Source: Candidatus Coatesbacteria bacterium (GTDB taxonomy: Bacteria > JAFGND01). Taken from it: 43,117 nucleotides of DNA. Both the position numbers and the translations under genes were made by a program. The stretch's first letter is position 1; each line of letters begins with the position of its first letter. Shown piece after piece: positions 38,880 through 43,117 of the stretch. The notes beneath the pieces were generated by a model, which saw only the letters and a list, made by a program, of their open reading frames with translations, had not been told where the DNA came from and did not search any database. The stretch is from assembly GCA_016927185.1 (NCBI GenBank), contig JAFGND010000043.1, forward strand, positions 1-43,117, read 5' to 3'.

Positions 38880-40366
38880 AGTTCGATACCCTCCTTTTGC
38901 AGTATCAAGCTTGCTGAAATCCTTCCTGATTCATAGATTGTAGGGAGACCGCTGCCAGGATGTGTCCCGCCACCAACTAGATAACAGTTTTTGAATTCCT
39001 CGAACTCGTTATGTGGTCTGTAGTAAAGCATCTGGGATATATTGTGACCCAGATTGAAAGTTGCACCATTATAGACATCCATTTCATTTTCCCAGTCAAA
39101 TGGCGTCATAACCTTTTCTGCTTCAATGTGTTTCTTCAGATCCGTCAATCCAGCCTTTTTTTCCAGTCTGTCAAGTACCAAATCCCTGAATGGACCAGCT
39201 TCCTTTTGCCAGTCGATTTTCGAGAAGTTGTTTGCAACAGGAACAAGCACGTAAATCGTTGATTTGCCTGAAGGTGCGAGTGTATTATCAGTTATTGAAG
39301 CATTCTGAACATAAAACGATGGATCTGAAGACAAAGCAAAGGTTTTTGTAATTTCATCTACATTTTTTCTGTAATCATCAGCAAAGAAAATGTTATGATG
39401 TTGTATATTGTCATAAATCCTGTTCACCCCAAGATAAAGCATGAATGTTGAACAGGAATATTTCTTTTTCTTGAGCATATCATTAGTATATTTCTTTCTG
39501 TTACTTTCACTTACAAGTTTTGTCATCGCATGTCCAAAATCAGCATTTAAAACAACGTAGTCTGCCTTTTCTATATTGCCATTCTCAAGCTCAATCCCGA
39601 TTGCCTTTCCATTTTCTATAATCACCCTCTTCACAGGGGTATTTGTATGGATTTTGCCGTTTTCTTCCAACACAATATCTGCCATAGCCTTGGAAAGTTT
39701 GTTAAGCCCGCCTGTAACATGATAAACTCCACCGCCATGTTCTATGAATGAAAGTATGCTGAAAGTGCCTGGAGCTTCCCATGGTGACATGCCAATGTAT
39801 TTAGCCTGAAATGTGAAAGCGATTTTTAAATCATCTTCCTTGTAGTACTTTCCAAGCACATCAAACAGGCTTTTATGAGCATCAAGATATGGAAGTGACT
39901 TGAAAAATCTTGCTTTCAGGAAATGAGAGAGTTTTCCGTAAGGCACTTGAAGGCAAGGGATTAGCCTGTCATATTTCTTCTGCTCTTTTTTCATGTATTT
40001 CAGATAACCTTCAGTACTTCCCTTGAAGTTTTTTTCAAGATCCTCTAACATCTTGTCTTCATCAGAAGAAGGATATAATGTTCTGTCCTTGAATGCCAGC
40101 TTGTACATCGGGTCTAGATGCGTAAGTGTAACGTATTTATCAAGTTTCCGTCCAGTCAGTTCGAAAATCTCTTCCAGAATGTTTTTCATCAGAAAGAAAG
40201 TGGGACCTATATCAAAAATATAGTCACCCAGTTTGAAAAATGAATTTCTCCCTCCAACTTCCTGTCTTTTCTCATAAACAGTTACGTCTAATCCTTTGTT
40301 AGCCAGTAATATACTACAGGCAAGTCCCCCTGGACCAGCTCCTATCACTATGACTTTCTTTTTCAT
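38876..40366 (-). CDS. crtI: Phytoene desaturase family (CrtI/CrtN-like) FAD oxidoreductase
   Basis: VIGAGPGGL, FDIGPT, C-terminal YLVGGGTHPGSGLP.I..S..I signature. Confidence 0.85.
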   Translation of the reverse strand: MKKKVIVIGAGPGGLACSILLANKGLDVTVYEKRQEVGGRNSFFKLGDYIFDIGPTFFLMKNILEEIFELTGRKLDKYVTLTHLDPMYKLAFKDRTLYPSSDEDKMLEDLEKNFKGSTEGYLKYMKKEQKKYDRLIPCLQVPYGKLSHFLKARFFKSLPYLDAHKSLFDVLGKYYKEDDLKIAFTFQAKYIGMSPWEAPGTFSILSFIEHGGGVYHVTGGLNKLSKAMADIVLEENGKIHTNTPVKRVIIENGKAIGIELENGNIEKADYVVLNADFGHAMTKLVSESNRKKYTNDMLKKKKYSCSTFMLYLGVNRIYDNIQHHNIFFADDYRKNVDEITKTFALSSDPSFYVQNASITDNTLAPSGKSTIYVLVPVANNFSKIDWQKEAGPFRDLVLDRLEKKAGLTDLKKHIEAEKVMTPFDWENEMDVYNGATFNLGHNISQMLYYRPHNEFEEFKNCYLVGGGTHPGSGLPTIYESGRISASLILQKEGIEL

Positions 40367-40387
40367 TTTAAACTACCTCATTTATCT

Positions 40388-40819
40388 TCAGATTCCATAT
40401 TTCATGGTGATTTTCAAGGTTATTGTTTCTTCAGAATATTTGAAGCTTGCATCCTTGAATTTAGGTGGTCCCATTTTTCCTTTTGCATTATTTGAAGTTC
40501 CATAACCTTCCTTGGGAATTCCTAATGCATTTGTATCCATTTTCTCGTTTGAATTCTCATCGTGAAGTACTGCTATTGCGTAAGTTCCTGCAGGAATGTC
40601 TGTAAAGACAACCTTGCATTTGCCGTTTGAAATGGTTTCTGATTTTGCATCTAGTGCCTTTTTGGGATTGGAAGGGAAACCGTCACTCTTTTCGAAAATT
40701 GTTATTCTTGCATAACCATCGTCATTCCTGAAGCCTGTTATTTCAACCACTATTCCTTCTTCATCCTCTGCACGAAGAATGCAAAGTGATAACAGAATTA
40801 GAAATATGATTTTCTTCAT
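40388..40819 (-). CDS. DUF2141 family secreted protein
   Basis: GTYAIAVLHDEN...GIPKEGYG.SNN...GPPKF. Confidence 0.9.
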   Translation of the reverse strand: MKKIIFLILLSLCILRAEDEEGIVVEITGFRNDDGYARITIFEKSDGFPSNPKKALDAKSETISNGKCKVVFTDIPAGTYAIAVLHDENSNEKMDTNALGIPKEGYGTSNNAKGKMGPPKFKDASFKYSEETITLKITMKYGI

Positions 40820-40963
40820 CTCTATTCCTTTCGGTTTTGAATTATAAATCTTTTTCAAGAAGTGGAAACTGATAAAACAGAATTTTAGTCAATAACAAAC
40901 TTCTGTTTCAAGGAAGTTTTCAAGTTGGAAAGCAGTTGATTACCTTGGAAATAGAATCAACCG

Positions 40964-42244
40964 TTATCTCACCTTCACAACTCTCTTGCATTCCATGCTA
41001 CTCTTCACAATATAAACTCCCTCTCTCCATTTGCTAGTATCAAGAGAGTGCTTGCCTTTGTCTAGTTTCATAATCAACTGACCTGTAAGGGAATAGATAG
41101 CACCTGATGATGGAAGAGAAACTGTTATACTGGATGAGAAGGGATTAGGGGAGATCGAGAAGGAGGGGGAGGGAAGATTAGAAGAGAAATTATTCCTCTT
41201 GTATCCCGAATAACCAAAGGTCTCTATTGCATAGAGATATGTATCTCGACTTCCGACATAAACAACTCCATCCAGAACACAGGGAGAGGAGTAAACATAA
41301 TTACCTGTCTGATACCTCCATTCTAGTGTTCCATCTAAAGCATCCATAGCATAAAGATATCTGTCATTACTTCCAACATAAACAACTCCATCTTCAACGC
41401 AAGGTGAAGAATCAACATCATAATCTGTATGATAACTCCATTTAAGAGTTCCATCCGGGCAGTTAACTGCATAAAGATAATAATTACTGCTTCCAATGTA
41501 AACAATTCCGTTCGAAACACAAGCAGAGGAGTATGTATTCCAGTTACTTGTCCTGTATCTCCATTTCAGGGATCCATCGGAGATATTCATTGCATAAAGG
41601 TAGTAATCAGTAGAACCAATATACTCAACTCCTTCAGTAATACAAGGAGAAGAATATATCCAGATTCCTATCCAGTATCTCCATTTTAAAGCTCCGTCTG
41701 AACAGTTTATTGCATAAATATAACGATCCCAGCCTCCAACATAAACAACTCCATCTGAAACGCAAGGGGAGGATGATATATAGTCGCCTGTCTGGTATCT
41801 CCATTTGAGAGAACCATCTGAGCTGTTTACTGCATAAAGATAATGATCATAGCTGCCAATATAAACCACATTATCTGCAATACAAGGTGAGGAGATTACC
41901 AGATTGCCAGTCTGATACTTCCATTTAGGTGTTCCATCTGAGCAATTAATTGCATGAAGATAGTGATCCATGCTTCCTATATATACAACTCCATTTGCAA
42001 TACAAGGGGAGGAATAGGAAATTGTACCTCCTGTCTGATATCTCCATTTAAGACTGCCACTTACAGAATTTATTGCATACAGGTATGCATCCTCGCTTCC
42101 AACATAAACAACTCTATCTGAAATTAAAGGGGAAGACCGAACAGCTGCACCTGTCTTATATCTCCATAGTAAATGACCAGGAGCTGAAAATAAACTTCCT
42201 GAAAAGATCGAAAACATAATAAATATAAAGAAAAACCTTTTCAT
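40964..42244 (-). CDS. Secreted PQQ-type beta-propeller (about 8 x 40-aa repeats) with T9SS-like C-terminal domain
   Basis: ATG 42244 after AAGGAG gives a signal peptide; LKWRYQTG..SSPC..GVVY.GS.D.YLYA repeats; SPNPF tail. Confidence 0.92.
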   Translation of the reverse strand: MKRFFFIFIMFSIFSGSLFSAPGHLLWRYKTGAAVRSSPLISDRVVYVGSEDAYLYAINSVSGSLKWRYQTGGTISYSSPCIANGVVYIGSMDHYLHAINCSDGTPKWKYQTGNLVISSPCIADNVVYIGSYDHYLYAVNSSDGSLKWRYQTGDYISSSPCVSDGVVYVGGWDRYIYAINCSDGALKWRYWIGIWIYSSPCITEGVEYIGSTDYYLYAMNISDGSLKWRYRTSNWNTYSSACVSNGIVYIGSSNYYLYAVNCPDGTLKWSYHTDYDVDSSPCVEDGVVYVGSNDRYLYAMDALDGTLEWRYQTGNYVYSSPCVLDGVVYVGSRDTYLYAIETFGYSGYKRNNFSSNLPSPSFSISPNPFSSSITVSLPSSGAIYSLTGQLIMKLDKGKHSLDTSKWREGVYIVKSSMECKRVVKVR

Positions 42245-42258
42245 TATGATCTCCTTTT

Positions 42259-43116
42259 TTAATTTAGTTTCACAATCCTCTTGCATTCCTTCCCAGCCTT
42301 CACTATATATACCCCCTCCTTCCAGTTTCTGGTATTTATTATATTCTCTCCCTTTTCTATTCTTTTTATCAACTGACCTGTAAGGGAATAGATAGTTACT
42401 GACATATTGCTTTTGATATTAAGCTTGTCCCTGAATGGATTGGGAGAGATATTGAATTTGAATGGAATTGATTCTTTGATTATGTTAGATTCTTGAAAAT
42501 CGTTTTTGTCATTGAAACAAGAAATACGATTGCTACTTAACATATATAATCTTCTTCCAGGGCCTATCAGACATTGACCAGCATTTGGTGTAATATGATA
42601 CAAAATGTCTCCATTAGGACTTAGGCAATATGTTCCATAAGAACTAATAAATATCTTGCCTTCTGCATCTACTGTTGGAAAATCTATAGGAGCTTCTTCC
42701 AGTTTTACACTTTTCCATTGATATTGTCCTTCCTTGGATACTTTATGAACATAACCTCCTTCTGAACCTACTATTATACTCCCATCTGGACAGATGGCAG
42801 GAGAACAATATACTCTTCCTGTATCATCTAATGCTGCATTCCATCTCAATGATAAATCTGGATTATAAGCAAACAATGTATCAGGAGTACTGACTGAAGC
42901 AAAATATATTATTCCTTCTTTATCTATTGCTAGTTCTCGAGATGGTCTATAAAAATTGCCTGTGTCTTTTGATGATTTACCATCAAATCTTGTTAGTTTT
43001 CCATAAATGCTATTTTGATAGGAAATAAAATATAACCAACCATCTGAACCATATGATGTTCTACCCACTTCTCCTTCAGGCAAATCGTAGGTCCATAGTG
43101 TCTTTCCATCTGTTTT
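42259..43116 (-). CDS. PQQ-type beta-propeller with T9SS-like C-terminal domain, 5' truncated by window edge
   Basis: Frame open to the window end; SPAI..DG and SPNPF...IYSLTGQ...KRIVKLN. Confidence 0.85.
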   Translation of the reverse strand, partial: KTDGKTLWTYDLPEGEVGRTSYGSDGWLYFISYQNSIYGKLTRFDGKSSKDTGNFYRPSRELAIDKEGIIYFASVSTPDTLFAYNPDLSLRWNAALDDTGRVYCSPAICPDGSIIVGSEGGYVHKVSKEGQYQWKSVKLEEAPIDFPTVDAEGKIFISSYGTYCLSPNGDILYHITPNAGQCLIGPGRRLYMLSSNRISCFNDKNDFQESNIIKESIPFKFNISPNPFRDKLNIKSNMSVTIYSLTGQLIKRIEKGENIINTRNWKEGVYIVKAGKECKRIVKLN

Positions 43117-43117
43117 A

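Noticed and set aside
20962-41689. Many small ORFs antisense to or nested in pta, secDF, trmFO, crtI and others
   Set aside because: Shadow frames of well-supported genes
8651-43117. Diversity-generating retroelement acting on the propeller genes
   Set aside because: No reverse transcriptase and no TR/VR pair with adenine-specific differences seen

Overview
AT-rich bacterial DNA in two parts. (1) Positions 1 to ~20,665 look like the right-hand part of an integrated mobile element whose left end lies outside the window. It ends in a large serine recombinase whose reading frame runs antisense into a tRNA-Arg(CCT) gene (20647-20721, minus strand), the likely att site. It also carries the 3' end of a DUF262/DUF1524 (GmrSD-like) nuclease, a RepB-type primase fused to a degenerate helicase-like domain, an orphan ParB-like protein, a catalytically truncated paralog of the serine recombinase, a four-gene secreted-protein cassette (two PQQ-type beta-propellers, a clan GH-A hydrolase, a WD40 lipoprotein), a phage-type replication initiator with internal iteron-like repeats, an ADP-ribosylglycohydrolase and a short tyrosine recombinase. 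Three long non-coding stretches (4895-6422, 7573-8650, 16629-17086) are rich in hairpins with G-U pairs; the first also has CTAG clusters and a canonical G4 motif. No capsid or conjugation genes are visible. (2) Positions 20,729-43,117 are host chromosome: pta, a diverged orphan N4/N6 DNA methyltransferase, secDF, lipoproteins, trmFO, DUF3795/VOC/TPR proteins, a crtI-like + ABC1 kinase pair, and three more PQQ-propeller genes with the same short T9SS-type C-terminal domain. These domains suggest an FCB-related lineage (inference). All family calls are from motif recognition, not database searches.
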